A DNA stretch of 64,000 nucleotides from Clostridia bacterium (GCA_045611765.1 JAZKXT010000004.1:68883-132882), one strand, 5' to 3'; numbered from the stretch's first letter, positions 17,005 through 27,191 are shown. The notes: generated by a model not told the origin, from the letters alone. Program-made: numbers and translations.

Positions 17005-18588
17005 TTATTTATTTTCCTCTAAATATTCGTCATAAGAACATTTTCTATCCTTAAAGCCACTTGGTGTTAAATCTATTATTCTATTAGCAACTGTTTGAAC
17101 TAATTGATGGTCGTATGACCTAAATAATAATACTCCTTTAAAGTTTTGCATTCCTTCATTTAGTGCTGTAATACTTTCCATATCTAAATGGTTTGTAGGT
17201 TCATCTAAAAGTAATGCGTTTGCGCCTGAAAGCATCATTTTTGTAAGCATACATCTTACTCTTTCTCCTCCAGAAATTACATTTGTCTTTTTCATACTTT
17301 CTTCACCAGAGAATAGCATTCTTCCAAGATATCCTCTAACATATGCATCTTCTTTTTCTCTAGAGAATTGTCTTAACCAATCTGTAAGCGTAATGTCTCC
17401 TTTAAAAAATTCAATATTTTCTCTTGGAAAATATGCATTTGTTACTGTTTGTCCCCACTTAAATTCGCCACTATCCGCTTCCATATTGCCAGATAAAATT
17501 TCCATTAATGTAGAAATACCAATACTGTTTTCACCAACAAAAGCTATTTTATCTTCTTTCGTCATTGTAAATGATACATTATCTAAAACTTTCTTTCCAT
17601 CTACAGTTTTAGATAGATTCTTCACAACTAAAACATCGTTTCCAATATCTCTATCTGGTTTGAAATCTATAAATGGATATCTTCTACTTGATGGTTTTAT
17701 ATCATCTAGAACAATTTTTTCAAGCATTTTCTTTCTTGAAGTGGCCTGCTTAGATTTTGATGCGTTAGCGCTAAATCTTGCTATGAAGTCTTGTAGTTCT
17801 TTTATTCTGTCTTCTTTTTTCTTGTTTGACTCTTTCATTTGTCTTTGAATAAGTTTACTAGATTCATACCAGAAATCATAGTTACCCACAAACAATTGAA
17901 TCTTACCATAGTCTATGTCTGCAATATGTGTACATACTTTATTTAAGAAATATCTATCGTGTGATACAACTATTACTGTGTTTTCAAAGTTAATTAAGAA
18001 TTCTTCTAACCATTCTACAGCTGGCAAGTCTAAACCATTTGTAGGTTCATCTAGTAGAAGAACGTCAGGATTACCAAACAAAGCCTGCGCAAGAAGTACT
18101 TTTACCTTTTCTTCTTCTTTTAAATCTTTTACTAACTTTTCATGAAGTTCTGTAGCTACTCCTAAACCATTAAGTAAAATTGCCGCATCCGTTTCAGCAT
18201 TCCAACCATCCATTTCAGCAAATTTCGCTTCTAGTTTTCCGGCAAGTATTCCATCTTCGTCCGTAAAATCTTCTTTAAGATAAATCGCTTCTCTGTCCTT
18301 CATAAGTTTATATAAAACTTCATTGCCCATTATAACAGCATTTAGTACTTGCTCGTTATCATAAAGGGTATGGTCTTGCTTTAATACAGACATTCTCTCT
18401 TCTTTAGGAATTACAACTTCACCATTTGTTGGTTCTATTTCCCCAGATAAAATCTTTAAAAATGTAGATTTACCTGCACCATTTGCACCAATTAATCCAT
18501 AGCAGTTTCCTGCTGTGAATTTAATATTAACATCTTCAAATAACACTCTTTTTCCGAATCTAAGTGTTACTCCATTTGTCATTATCAT
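17005..18588 (-). CDS. ABC-F family ATPase (two ABC domains, no TMD; translation factor or antibiotic-resistance type not distinguishable)
   Basis: Two Walker A boxes (GANGAGKST, GENSIGIST-like), two LSGGE signatures, inter-domain linker; 527 aa. Confidence 0.75.
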   Translation of the reverse strand: MIMTNGVTLRFGKRVLFEDVNIKFTAGNCYGLIGANGAGKSTFLKILSGEIEPTNGEVVIPKEERMSVLKQDHTLYDNEQVLNAVIMGNEVLYKLMKDREAIYLKEDFTDEDGILAGKLEAKFAEMDGWNAETDAAILLNGLGVATELHEKLVKDLKEEEKVKVLLAQALFGNPDVLLLDEPTNGLDLPAVEWLEEFLINFENTVIVVSHDRYFLNKVCTHIADIDYGKIQLFVGNYDFWYESSKLIQRQMKESNKKKEDRIKELQDFIARFSANASKSKQATSRKKMLEKIVLDDIKPSSRRYPFIDFKPDRDIGNDVLVVKNLSKTVDGKKVLDNVSFTMTKEDKIAFVGENSIGISTLMEILSGNMEADSGEFKWGQTVTNAYFPRENIEFFKGDITLTDWLRQFSREKEDAYVRGYLGRMLFSGEESMKKTNVISGGERVRCMLTKMMLSGANALLLDEPTNHLDMESITALNEGMQNFKGVLLFRSYDHQLVQTVANRIIDLTPSGFKDRKCSYDEYLEENK

Positions 18589-18682
18589 AAAAACGCCTCA
18601 CTTTACCTATAGTATTTTACACTATTTAGCCACATTTGTAAAGGAAATACGTAGAAAAAGCAGGTACTCAAAATGAATAAAT

Positions 18683-19348
18683 TCACTTTAAGTACCTACT
18701 TTTTACAATTTTGCAAACTACACTTTTAAATATGTTGTTATACCTGTTAACTAAAAGACATCTTACCCCCAACTGATTTGCTGAACACAAATCATCAAAA
18801 AGATTGTCTCCCACAATTACAACTTTAGATTTATCTACGCCTATACTTTTTATCAGCTTATTGTAAGTTGCTACTTTAAAAGTTCCATCGGTATACATTA
18901 TCCGACCTTGTGGTATCCCACATTCTTCCAAATTATAGTTTTGCTTGTTAATAGTAGCAAAATATACTTGACTCTCAACATTTAATTGCTTGAGCAAATC
19001 GTATACTCCGTCAAACAAACAAACCTCCCGTGTGTAATTTTCAAAGTAGGTTTCATAAAAGTTTACTACTTTTACTCCACAAATTATTGCATAAATTTTT
19101 ACAAGCAAATTTTGATTAGAATGATTTGTAGGAATAATGCCCGTCTTTACAATATACATGGCCGCTTTGTTCAGAGCCGAAACCACATTCTTCCTGGCCT
19201 TAGATACCTTAAAATGCTTTAATGTTGCTTTCACAGCATTAGTATGCTCAGCACATAAATCTTTGAGCGTTCCGTCAATATCCAAAATAACCACTTCTAC
19301 TCTCTGTTTTTTAACAAATGTAATTATACTATTATTCAATATTCTCAC
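18683..19348 (-). CDS. HAD-superfamily hydrolase
   Basis: Motif I VILDIDGTL, motif IV GDNLFDD. Confidence 0.65.
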   Translation of the reverse strand: MRILNNSIITFVKKQRVEVVILDIDGTLKDLCAEHTNAVKATLKHFKVSKARKNVVSALNKAAMYIVKTGIIPTNHSNQNLLVKIYAIICGVKVVNFYETYFENYTREVCLFDGVYDLLKQLNVESQVYFATINKQNYNLEECGIPQGRIMYTDGTFKVATYNKLIKSIGVDKSKVVIVGDNLFDDLCSANQLGVRCLLVNRYNNIFKSVVCKIVKSRYLK

Positions 19349-19487
19349 CCCTCTAAAATAGTTATTTAAAGTTTTTGAATCGCTGCTAAATAATTATATC
19401 ACACATTGAACGAATATTCAATTTTTTTGCTACTCATTAGTCTCACGTTGCTCACCAAACTAATATACTATTATATGGAGTGGTAAT

Positions 19488-19745
19488 ATGGATTATAATT
19501 TTTGGTGCTCTTCTGGTAAAGAACTTTCGATACTTGCTAATACACTGGCAATATACATTAGTAAAAATTATTGCGCTGACGATTTACTATCTATTGCATA
19601 TTTTGTTGAAACACTAGGGAACAATTTATCTTTGCTAGGCAATCAAAAATTCCGTTGCGAAAATTCTTTAAAACCCCAAAACACAGTTAATTCATGTAAT
19701 ACCATCTCTCCTACAGCTACTCAAAACCCAAATAAATTAGACTAA
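19488..19745 (+). CDS. hypothetical small protein (85 aa)
   Basis: RBS GGAGTGG upstream; own terminator downstream. Confidence 0.4.
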   Translation: MDYNFWCSSGKELSILANTLAIYISKNYCADDLLSIAYFVETLGNNLSLLGNQKFRCENSLKPQNTVNSCNTISPTATQNPNKLD

Positions 19746-19787
19746 ATCTGTTGACTTATTAACAAAAAAATGTTATTATATAAGCGT

Positions 19788-19818
19788 GCTAAAAATTAGC
19801 ATATATTTTTAGCTTTTT
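19788..19818 (+). terminator. terminator (GCTAAAAAT-N8-ATTTTTAGC + T5)
   Basis: Seen directly. Confidence 0.55.
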
Positions 19819-19834
19819 AATATAATATATTAAT

Positions 19835-19908
19835 GGCGCCATAGCCAAGTGGTAAGGCACGAGTCTGCAAAACTCTGATCCCCGGTTCAAATCCGGGTGG
19901 CGCCTCCA
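19835..19908 (+). tRNA. tRNA-Cys (anticodon GCA)
   Basis: GGCGCCATAGCCAAGTGGTAAGGC...CTGCAAA...GGTTCAAATCC...GGCGCCTCCA. TATAAT at 19821-19826 upstream. Confidence 0.85.
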
Positions 19909-19912
19909 AAAT

Positions 19913-19952
19913 AATGACATCACGAAATTATCGTGATGTCATTTTGTTTTTC
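19913..19952. terminator. bidirectional terminator (AATGACATCACGA-aatta-TCGTGATGTCATT + TTGTTTTTC)
   Basis: 13-bp perfect stem seen directly. Confidence 0.7.
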
Positions 19953-19971
19953 ATTGGCTAAATAATAGAAC

Positions 19972-20238
19972 TTACCAAGCTTGATCAGTAATAAAGTTAT
20001 GTATCATAACCTGAGAATATGTTCTCCTACCGAACAGCTTCTTATTGGTGAAGCGCCCATTCTCATAACGCCAACCTTCTGGATAAGTAAGAGTTTCCGG
20101 ACGTACCGTGGTAACAATTTTTCTGACTCTACCAGTTACAGGTGACAACCTTACGGAAACCCTGCCCGGATTGAGCATTTGAAATACTGCCGCAGCTATC
20201 TCCAATTTCATCTCACACATCTTAACCTGTTTTGCCAT
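19972..20238 (-). CDS. hypothetical protein (88 aa) in a GC-rich (about 45%) patch immediately 3' of tRNA-Cys
   Basis: Start moved to the second ATG (GGAGG 9 nt upstream). Composition foreign to the host. Confidence 0.4.
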   Translation of the reverse strand: MAKQVKMCEMKLEIAAAVFQMLNPGRVSVRLSPVTGRVRKIVTTVRPETLTYPEGWRYENGRFTNKKLFGRRTYSQVMIHNFITDQAW

Positions 20239-20473
20239 AATACCCATCCTCCAATAAATTTTTGTCTATATAGCACGCAATCAAACCAACCTTAATATTA
20301 ACTAAAGGTTCACACTTAAATTGCCAATTTAATTATATCATTATTTACATAAAAAGTCAATTTTACTATTATTATACGCTTTTTACATTTAGTTTTAAAA
20401 TATGCTAATTGCTTTACAAGAAGCAATTAGCATATTTATTATTTTACATGTTTACAATATAATTTAAATATAT

Positions 20474-20710
20474 TTAGAAGTCTCTTTCTCTACTCATTTC
20501 TTCTAGTGTACAAATGTTACCATCCTTATCTTTTATGAGCAATTCATAACCACAGACTTCACAGATTTTAGTTATAGTATCAAAAGTAGGTTGACTATTA
20601 GAACGTTCATAGCTAGAAATAGTATTGTCGGCAAGCGCAACTTTCTTTCCAAGCTCCTTTTGGTAAAGCCCAGCTGTTAATCTCATATTTTTAATTATCA
20701 TACCTAACAT
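20474..20710 (-). CDS. XRE-family helix-turn-helix transcriptional regulator
   Basis: 78 aa, HTH_XRE signature (LTAGLYQKELGKKVALADNTISSYERS). Confidence 0.7.
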   Translation of the reverse strand: MLGMIIKNMRLTAGLYQKELGKKVALADNTISSYERSNSQPTFDTITKICEVCGYELLIKDKDGNICTLEEMSRERDF

Positions 20711-20890
20711 AATTTACCACCTACTAATATTATGACAAATTTCGCAAGTTTCGTCATAAAACTGCAAGTTTCTTGCAACCTTTTTCCTGTTAGTGGTAAA
20801 ATGTGAAACCTTATTACAGAGCCCAACAAACTATAACAAAAGTGGGCTAACTCCCTAAAAGTCTACCCACATCTACTACAAACATAACGC

Positions 20891-20920
20891 TTATATTATA
20901 TTATATTATATTATATTATA
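20891..20920. repeat. pentanucleotide microsatellite (TTATA)x6
   Basis: Seen directly, between the GT2 stop and the XRE gene's upstream region. Confidence 0.8.
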
Positions 20921-20938
20921 TCATATCTTATTATCTTT

Positions 20939-22174
20939 TTATTCTTTTACAATCTCTTTAATTCCAATACTTCGTGTATGTACAATTGGTTCCCAGTTTT
21001 TCTCTTTAGAAAATATGCTTATAATATTTATAGGTAGCCACGTAATCATAAAAAATGAGTATAACAGTATACCATACATTACTTCACATATTTTTCTTTT
21101 GTTGTATTTAACTAGAAAAACATTTATTAAAATGCTAATTAAATAACTAATAATAAATATATGAATTCCTATTATTTGTACAATACCTAAAACAGTTAAT
21201 TTTTCAAGTTCTAATCTAACTAATATTTTTAATAGTACAATGCTTGTCATTACGCTACCGCCTACGACCTGCATAAGTGGCGACATGAAATTAAGTAGCA
21301 TGTCTAAACTAGACATGTTTCTATTTTTTATAAACGACTTAAATAATCTTACTCCATATAGTCTTAAACATTTATGGGCTCCGGTTGACCAACGTTTTCT
21401 CTGCTTCCAAGATGCTTTCCAAGACACTGGTTGTTCGTCATAAGTTATAGCATCTTCTACAAATGCAATTTGTATATTATTTATGGCGCACTGAGCTGTA
21501 AATTCAATATCTTCTGTTAATGTAAAAGTATTAAAATGGTAAGTATCAATTATTTCTTTCTTTACCATAAATCCTGTTCCGTTAATACTTGCTGAAGCCT
21601 TAACATTCATACGTGCTCTATTAAAGAAAAAATTTTGCATCCAATAATATATTGAATAACAACCACTAATCCAATTATCTTTGGGATTTTTACTATCTCT
21701 ATATCCTTGAGCCACTTTATATCCAATTTGCAGTGTATCATTCATTCTTTTCAAAAAGTTTGGGTGAACAACATTATCTGCATCAAATATTATATAGGCA
21801 TCAAAATCTTCGTTTTGGGTTTCAGAAAATGCATATCTTAAAGCATCCGCTTTGCATACACAACTACCACAGTCAATTATTCTACTCCCCAAATCTAGCG
21901 CGACCTGTCTTGTGCTATCTGTGCAATTATTAGGTATTACACAAAGTTCATATAACTCGTCGGGATAATTTTGATTGTTAATGCTTTCAATTAAGCTTGC
22001 TATAACATTTTCTTCATTCCTACAAGCCACAAGTATTTTAAATTTATACTTGGGCTCATAAGATTTTATTTGTCTCTTTTTTACATTTACAAAAGCCGTT
22101 ATAGAAGTAAGCACAAAATATGCGCCATAAATAATAAGCATAAGCGTAATTGCATTTAATATGTACACTACCAC
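20939..22174 (-). CDS. family-2 processive glycosyltransferase (PgaC/IcaA/cellulose-synthase-like, membrane-embedded)
   Basis: DxD-type motifs (IFDADN), QRKRW (QxxRW) motif, C-terminal TM helices. GTG start with GGAG RBS. Confidence 0.7.
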   Translation of the reverse strand: MVVYILNAITLMLIIYGAYFVLTSITAFVNVKKRQIKSYEPKYKFKILVACRNEENVIASLIESINNQNYPDELYELCVIPNNCTDSTRQVALDLGSRIIDCGSCVCKADALRYAFSETQNEDFDAYIIFDADNVVHPNFLKRMNDTLQIGYKVAQGYRDSKNPKDNWISGCYSIYYWMQNFFFNRARMNVKASASINGTGFMVKKEIIDTYHFNTFTLTEDIEFTAQCAINNIQIAFVEDAITYDEQPVSWKASWKQRKRWSTGAHKCLRLYGVRLFKSFIKNRNMSSLDMLLNFMSPLMQVVGGSVMTSIVLLKILVRLELEKLTVLGIVQIIGIHIFIISYLISILINVFLVKYNKRKICEVMYGILLYSFFMITWLPINIISIFSKEKNWEPIVHTRSIGIKEIVKE

Positions 22175-22315
22175 TTTTTCTCCTTTTCTTTTTTGTTTTT
22201 CCTATTCATATTCTATGTAATATATATTTATATATTAGTTTTATATGAAATTATTTATTTTAGTTTAACAAACATTCTTATATAAATCATATTTTCTAAC
22301 AAATCAATTAAAATT

Positions 22316-22331
22316 TATATATATATATATA
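22316..22331. repeat. (TA)x8 dinucleotide repeat in the GT2 upstream region
   Basis: Seen directly, about 145 bp upstream of the GT2 start. Confidence 0.8.
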
Positions 22332-22333
22332 AT

Positions 22334-22370
22334 AACAGAGCGTAACTTTTAAATTCAGTTACGCTCTGTT
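22334..22370. terminator. terminator (AACAGAGCGTAACT-N9-AGTTACGCTCTGTT) after pgeF
   Basis: 14-bp perfect stem seen directly. Confidence 0.6.
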
Positions 22371-22376
22371 GTATAT

Positions 22377-23237
22377 TTAAATTATTTTAACAATAGTTGC
22401 CATACACCCATAGTCTTGTTCGCCTTTTTGAGTTTTCGACCTATATGAGTAAAAATGTTCGTTGTTACAGCAAGTACAGATATTTGCAAAATGTATATTT
22501 TCCTCTTTAACCCCAATATTTATTAAGTCTTTTGTTATAACATAAGGTAAATCTATATGAAATCTCTTTGGATTTCCTTTTTCATATGCTATATATTCTT
22601 CTTCATAAGGCCAAATGTCTGTAAATATCTTTTTAAAATTCTCATCTTCACTTGAAAAACAGCATTTAAGAACTGATGGTGAAACACATATTATTAAATC
22701 TGCTGGATTTGTTCCAAATAACTCTTGCATGTTCTCTATAGCTTTTATATAAATTCTTTTCGCGGTCCCTTTCCAACCGCTATGTACATTTGCCACCTTA
22801 TTATTCTTAATATCATAAATTATTATAGCATTACAGTCTGCCGTTGTAACAAGTGTTGTTATTCCGGGTTCCATTATATAACCATCAATGGGCTCACTAT
22901 TAATATTTTGGAATCTATATTCATCTTTATTTTTTTCTGTTAGATACAAGATATTATCTGTATGATCTTGTCTTGCTTTATATACTTCATCTGCATTTAA
23001 ATTTAATTTATCACAAATTATATTTAAATTTTGAATCACATTTCCTTTTTTATCTGTTCCTGCTAATCTAAAATTAAGGCTTCCCATTACACCTTCACTT
23101 ACTCCCCCGCGCCTTAATGTAACTACTGCTATTATCTTATCACTGTGCTCGCTCAAAGCTTTAAATGTTAAATACTCCACTTCGCCGTTTTTAACATGTG
23201 TCACTTGTTCATTTGAAAATTCTTCACACTTTTCCAC
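22377..23237 (-). CDS. pgeF: YfiH/PgeF-family (DUF152) purine-nucleoside-phosphorylase / peptidoglycan editing factor
   Basis: VHSGWKGT motif and conserved C-terminal CTCC...YSYR region. Confidence 0.65.
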   Translation of the reverse strand: MEKCEEFSNEQVTHVKNGEVEYLTFKALSEHSDKIIAVVTLRRGGVSEGVMGSLNFRLAGTDKKGNVIQNLNIICDKLNLNADEVYKARQDHTDNILYLTEKNKDEYRFQNINSEPIDGYIMEPGITTLVTTADCNAIIIYDIKNNKVANVHSGWKGTAKRIYIKAIENMQELFGTNPADLIICVSPSVLKCCFSSEDENFKKIFTDIWPYEEEYIAYEKGNPKRFHIDLPYVITKDLINIGVKEENIHFANICTCCNNEHFYSYRSKTQKGEQDYGCMATIVKII

Positions 23238-23332
23238 TTAATCCACCTCAAAATATTTGTCACGCAAATATTTTACTAAACTTTTTTAATATTTACAACT
23301 AAAACTACTAATAATATTTTTGGTGATTTATT

Positions 23333-23794
23333 ATGGAATATACAAAAATGGGAATGAACAACAAAGAATATACAGAGTATGTAGAAAACAAAGCTGAAAA
23401 AAGTAATATACTAAAAGAGTGTATTGTAGCTTTTATAATTGGTGGTATTATTTGCATTATTGGTCAAATTATAAAAGACGTGGCTTTGAATATGGGAGCA
23501 GATGAAAAAACAGCCGGCGCAATTTGCTCTATTTCATTAATATTTTTAGGTGCTCTCCTTACCGCATTAAAATTATACCAGCGTATAGGTAAAGTGGCCG
23601 GTGCTGGTTCTATCGTTCCAATAACAGGATTTTCTAACTCAATTGTATCCCCCGCTATCGAATATAAATCTGAAGGATTAGTATTAGGAATTGGAGCAAA
23701 TATGTTTAAGGTCGCAGGTCCTGTACTTGTTTATGGTATAGGTTCGTCTGTAATACTTGGACTTATATATTACCTTATTAATCTATTTATGTAA
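23333..23794 (+). CDS. spoVAC: stage V sporulation protein AC
   Basis: 153-aa membrane protein with the characteristic SpoVAC sequence. Heads a spoVAC-AD-AEb run. Confidence 0.8.
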   Translation: MEYTKMGMNNKEYTEYVENKAEKSNILKECIVAFIIGGIICIIGQIIKDVALNMGADEKTAGAICSISLIFLGALLTALKLYQRIGKVAGAGSIVPITGFSNSIVSPAIEYKSEGLVLGIGANMFKVAGPVLVYGIGSSVILGLIYYLINLFM

Positions 23795-23808
23795 GTAGGA
23801 GGAATATT

Positions 23809-24846
23809 ATGAAAATTGGGAAACAAACCATTATATTTGAAAACAAACCAGCTATACTTTCTGTTGGTTCCGCTGTTGGCCCTAAAGAAAAAGAAGGACC
23901 TTTAGGCGAGTTGTTTGATACATCAGTAGAAGATGTATACTTTGGTGAAATCACATTTGAAAAAGCTGAGTCAAAATTTATGGCTGAAGCTATGGGAATT
24001 GCTATAAAAAAAGCCGAACTTAAAATTTCAGATATAGATTTTGCCTTTGCGGGTGATCTTTTAAACCAATGTATCTCTTCTGGATATTCTGCAAGGAATT
24101 TGGAAATTCCATTCTTTGGCCTTTATGGTGCTTGTTCTACATTTGCCGAAGCAAATATTTTAGCTGCATCATTTGTAAATTCAGGATACTCATATAACGC
24201 TATAGCATCAGCATCTTCACACTTTTGCGCATCCGAAAGGCAGTTTAGAATGCCGCTTGAACAAGGGACACAAATGACTCCAACAAGTCAATGGACGGTA
24301 ACTGGAAGCGGTGCTACATTAATAGTGCCAAATAACGAACGAATACAATATGAATTACCTCATATAGTTGGTGCAACGCCTGGTAAAGTAATTGACCAAG
24401 GAATAACAGACATTGCAAATATGGGTGCTGCTATGGCACCTGCTGCTTTTGATACGTTAGTTACGCACTTTGAAGATACTGGAAGAGCCCCAGATTACTA
24501 CGATTTAATTATAACTGGAGACCTAGGAGATTTAGGTTCTAAAATACTTATAGAACAGCTACAAAACTATGGCTATGATATTTCCAAACAACATATAGAT
24601 TGTGGTACAACAATTTTTGATTGTAAAGAACAAGAAACTCATATGGGTGGTAGTGGTTGTGGATGTAGTGCTGCTGTATTTTGTGCATACATTTACCCAA
24701 GGCTTAGGAATAAAAGTCTAAATAAAGTTCTTCTTGTTGCAACTGGAGCTTTAATGAGTCCCGTATCTTTAGGGCAAGGTGAATCAATTCCCGCTATTGC
24801 TCACGCTGTAATTATTGAAACCCTAGATAAAATGGAGGAAGGATAA
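23809..24846 (+). CDS. spoVAD: stage V sporulation protein AD (thiolase-like fold)
   Basis: 345 aa. Order and tight spacing with the flanking spoVA genes. Confidence 0.8.
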   Translation: MKIGKQTIIFENKPAILSVGSAVGPKEKEGPLGELFDTSVEDVYFGEITFEKAESKFMAEAMGIAIKKAELKISDIDFAFAGDLLNQCISSGYSARNLEIPFFGLYGACSTFAEANILAASFVNSGYSYNAIASASSHFCASERQFRMPLEQGTQMTPTSQWTVTGSGATLIVPNNERIQYELPHIVGATPGKVIDQGITDIANMGAAMAPAAFDTLVTHFEDTGRAPDYYDLIITGDLGDLGSKILIEQLQNYGYDISKQHIDCGTTIFDCKEQETHMGGSGCGCSAAVFCAYIYPRLRNKSLNKVLLVATGALMSPVSLGQGESIPAIAHAVIIETLDKMEEG

Positions 24847-24847
24847 T

Positions 24848-25216
24848 ATGGATATGTTTTTAGACTATTTAAAAGTTTTTATAACTGGTGGTGCTATCTG
24901 TTCGATAGGGCAAATCCTTATAGACAAAACCAAACTTACTCCAGCAAGAATACTTGTACTATTTGTAACATTGGGTGTAATTCTTACTGGTCTTGGAGTA
25001 TATGAGTATATCGTAGACTTTGGTGGTGCTGGTGCAACTGTTCCTATTAGTGGTTTTGGTTATACCTTAGCAAATGGTGTTATGGAAGCAGTAGACGAAC
25101 ACGGGTTATTGGGTATATTTGTTGGTGGCGTTACCGCGGCTGCAAGTGGTATATCTGCTGCAATTATATTTGGATATTTGTTTGCTTTAATTAGTAAGCC
25201 GGATATTAAAAAGTAA
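24848..25216 (+). CDS. spoVAEb: stage V sporulation protein AEb
   Basis: 122-aa membrane protein, 1-nt gap to spoVAD. Confidence 0.75.
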   Translation: MDMFLDYLKVFITGGAICSIGQILIDKTKLTPARILVLFVTLGVILTGLGVYEYIVDFGGAGATVPISGFGYTLANGVMEAVDEHGLLGIFVGGVTAAASGISAAIIFGYLFALISKPDIKK

Positions 25217-25230
25217 TTATAAATTACATA

Positions 25231-25266
25231 AAGGAGTGAAACTTATATGTGTTCCACTCCTTATAT
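25231..25266. terminator. terminator (AAGGAGTG-N16-CACTCCTT + TATATT)
   Basis: Seen directly. Confidence 0.5.
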
Positions 25267-25268
25267 TA

Positions 25269-25577
25269 TCACTCAATATATGCCCATATTAATATATTAC
25301 CAAAAAGTCTAAATTCTGCTCCACACGCACCAACTCCTTCCGCCACAGCATCAGATCCTGGTGTATGTGTTATTTGTTTGTTTTGTATATAACTTATTGT
25401 ATATCCTAAACCTGTGTAAGTCACTTTTTCTAAATTCGCTTCTTGTTTTAGATTAATTAATGGATATGTATAATATTTAGCATGTCTTAGTCTTAAACAA
25501 TCTATAGTTACAAATATAATCCATATAAATATTAGTATTATAATAGAAAAGATTGCTATTTTTAATACTCTATTCAT
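25269..25577 (-). CDS. hypothetical membrane-anchored protein (102 aa)
   Basis: RBS AAGGGGGAA; N-terminal TM helix. Confidence 0.45.
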   Translation of the reverse strand: MNRVLKIAIFSIIILIFIWIIFVTIDCLRLRHAKYYTYPLINLKQEANLEKVTYTGLGYTISYIQNKQITHTPGSDAVAEGVGACGAEFRLFGNILIWAYIE

Positions 25578-25714
25578 ATTTATTCCCCCTTAATTTATAT
25601 AAACATTTTAACATTTAACAAAAATATATTCAATACCATTTTACTTTTTATTTCTTTTTGATATAATAACAAAAAATGTATAAAAATCTTATCTTATTAG
25701 AAAGGATGGTTATT

Positions 25715-26590
25715 GTGGAAAATGGTTATATAGACTTACATGTACATAGTCTTTATTCTGACGGCAAACGTTCATTAAAATATATTGCAGATAAATCTAT
25801 TGAAAATAACGTTGGCGTTATTGCCTTCACCGAGCACTATAACATGTCATCATTTGTTCCATTTAGAAAACTTGTTGGTAAACAAATAGAAGTGCTTCCC
25901 GCAATTGAAATGGGCTCATCGCTAACTTTGTTTGGACTCAGTAAAAATCACGTATGTCACATTATTGCATATTTCCCTACAACACAAATTTGCTCTATAT
26001 TAGATTATTACGAACTAAGTAGAGACAAGTGCGTTAAAAGAACTTTGGAAAGGCTTCGTGACGAAGGTATAAATCTTTCTTACCGTACTGTAGTAAAACA
26101 TGCTCGAGATAAGGCTAGCGTTGGACGTTACGATATCGCCATTGCCTTATCCAAGCTTGGCCACGCCTCCACTCCCGCTAAAGCATACAGTAAATTTCTA
26201 GACTTAAATTCCCCTATATACGTAGATAGAGAGAAAATGCAAGTAGATACTTTGATTAAAAGTATTTTAATGTGCAAAGGGTTGCCTGTTTTAGCGCATC
26301 CCAGAACATTAAGATTAAACAATTCAGATATGCGCGAATTCATATTAAAGCTTCGAAGTTTTGGATTAGTTGGAATTGAAGTATATAATCCGCATCACAA
26401 ACCAGAACACATTCAGTTTTTTGGAGATTTATGTGATGAATTCGGCCTTCTAAAAACAGTCGGTTCGGATTACCACGGACGTTCGAAAGATGAAATTGAG
26501 ATTGGTCTTGGGATTGATGAAAATCTAAAAATTGATGATTATTCAATTATTACAGCATTAAAGCAAAAGGAAAAACAATTATTTTACTAG
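25715..26590 (+). CDS. PHP-domain metal-dependent phosphoesterase
   Basis: IDLHVHSLYSDG motif. Start placed at GTG 25715 (RBS AAAGGATGG); the ORF-track ATG at 25676 lacks an RBS. Confidence 0.65.
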   Translation: MENGYIDLHVHSLYSDGKRSLKYIADKSIENNVGVIAFTEHYNMSSFVPFRKLVGKQIEVLPAIEMGSSLTLFGLSKNHVCHIIAYFPTTQICSILDYYELSRDKCVKRTLERLRDEGINLSYRTVVKHARDKASVGRYDIAIALSKLGHASTPAKAYSKFLDLNSPIYVDREKMQVDTLIKSILMCKGLPVLAHPRTLRLNNSDMREFILKLRSFGLVGIEVYNPHHKPEHIQFFGDLCDEFGLLKTVGSDYHGRSKDEIEIGLGIDENLKIDDYSIITALKQKEKQLFY

Positions 26591-26620
26591 GGCAACATAT
26601 TGTCCTAGTATTTTTATTTT
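26587..26620 (+). terminator. terminator (CTAGGGCAA-catat-TTGTCCTAG + T-run)
   Basis: Seen directly. Confidence 0.5.
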
Positions 26621-26710
26621 TAAAATTGAAAATTTAATTTTTATTTACATATAAATTAAAATTTTACACATAATATCTTTGTATTTATATACATTTAAGG
26701 AGGAAAAAAT

Positions 26711-26893
26711 ATGGATACATTAAACCAAATGGAGCTTCAAGATATAAGGCATGCATGTGGTGCTAGTTCAAGCCTTTGCAAAAAACTTGAGTACTACAAA
26801 ACAGTTGTTACAGACCAAAATGCATTAGACATTTTTAACAAAATTTGTAATTCTTGCGATGATTTAAAGCAAGATTTAACAAGTCATTTATAG
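26711..26893 (+). CDS. hypothetical small Cys-containing protein (60 aa), probably spore-associated
   Basis: Strong RBS AAGGAGG. Coupled to a downstream CotF-like gene. Confidence 0.45.
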   Translation: MDTLNQMELQDIRHACGASSSLCKKLEYYKTVVTDQNALDIFNKICNSCDDLKQDLTSHL

Positions 26894-26902
26894 GAGGTTA
26901 TT

Positions 26903-27151
26903 ATGGACGAAAAACAAGCAGTAGCTGATACTTTAGCTGGGATTAATGCCCTTATTAATATGCTAACATATAATGTTATGCAAAGTAACAATAAAGCTTT
27001 AAGAGATACCTTTGTTACTTACAGAAATCAATTTGAAGACTTGCAATGGCAAATATATGTAATTGCTAGAGACAAAGGCTATTACATTCCAGCCGCACCA
27101 GCCGGAATGGCCGATATTGATGCTGTTAAAACAGCTGTGTCTGGAAGTTAA
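26903..27151 (+). CDS. CotF-like (Coat_F domain) spore coat protein
   Basis: 82 aa. RBS GGAGG. Sequence pattern resembles Coat F domain proteins. Confidence 0.45.
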   Translation: MDEKQAVADTLAGINALINMLTYNVMQSNNKALRDTFVTYRNQFEDLQWQIYVIARDKGYYIPAAPAGMADIDAVKTAVSGS

Positions 27152-27165
27152 TAATTCTTCCTTAT

Positions 27166-27191
27166 AGGGTACGTTTGTACCCTGTTTTTTA
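27166..27191 (+). terminator. terminator (AGGGTAC-gttt-GTACCCT + T6)
   Basis: Seen directly. Confidence 0.7.

Noticed and set aside
19913-20940. Intact prophage or integrative element at tRNA-Cys
   Set aside because: No integrase, no structural genes and no recognizable att duplication. Only an XRE gene and one anomalous ORF, so it is treated as a remnant at most.
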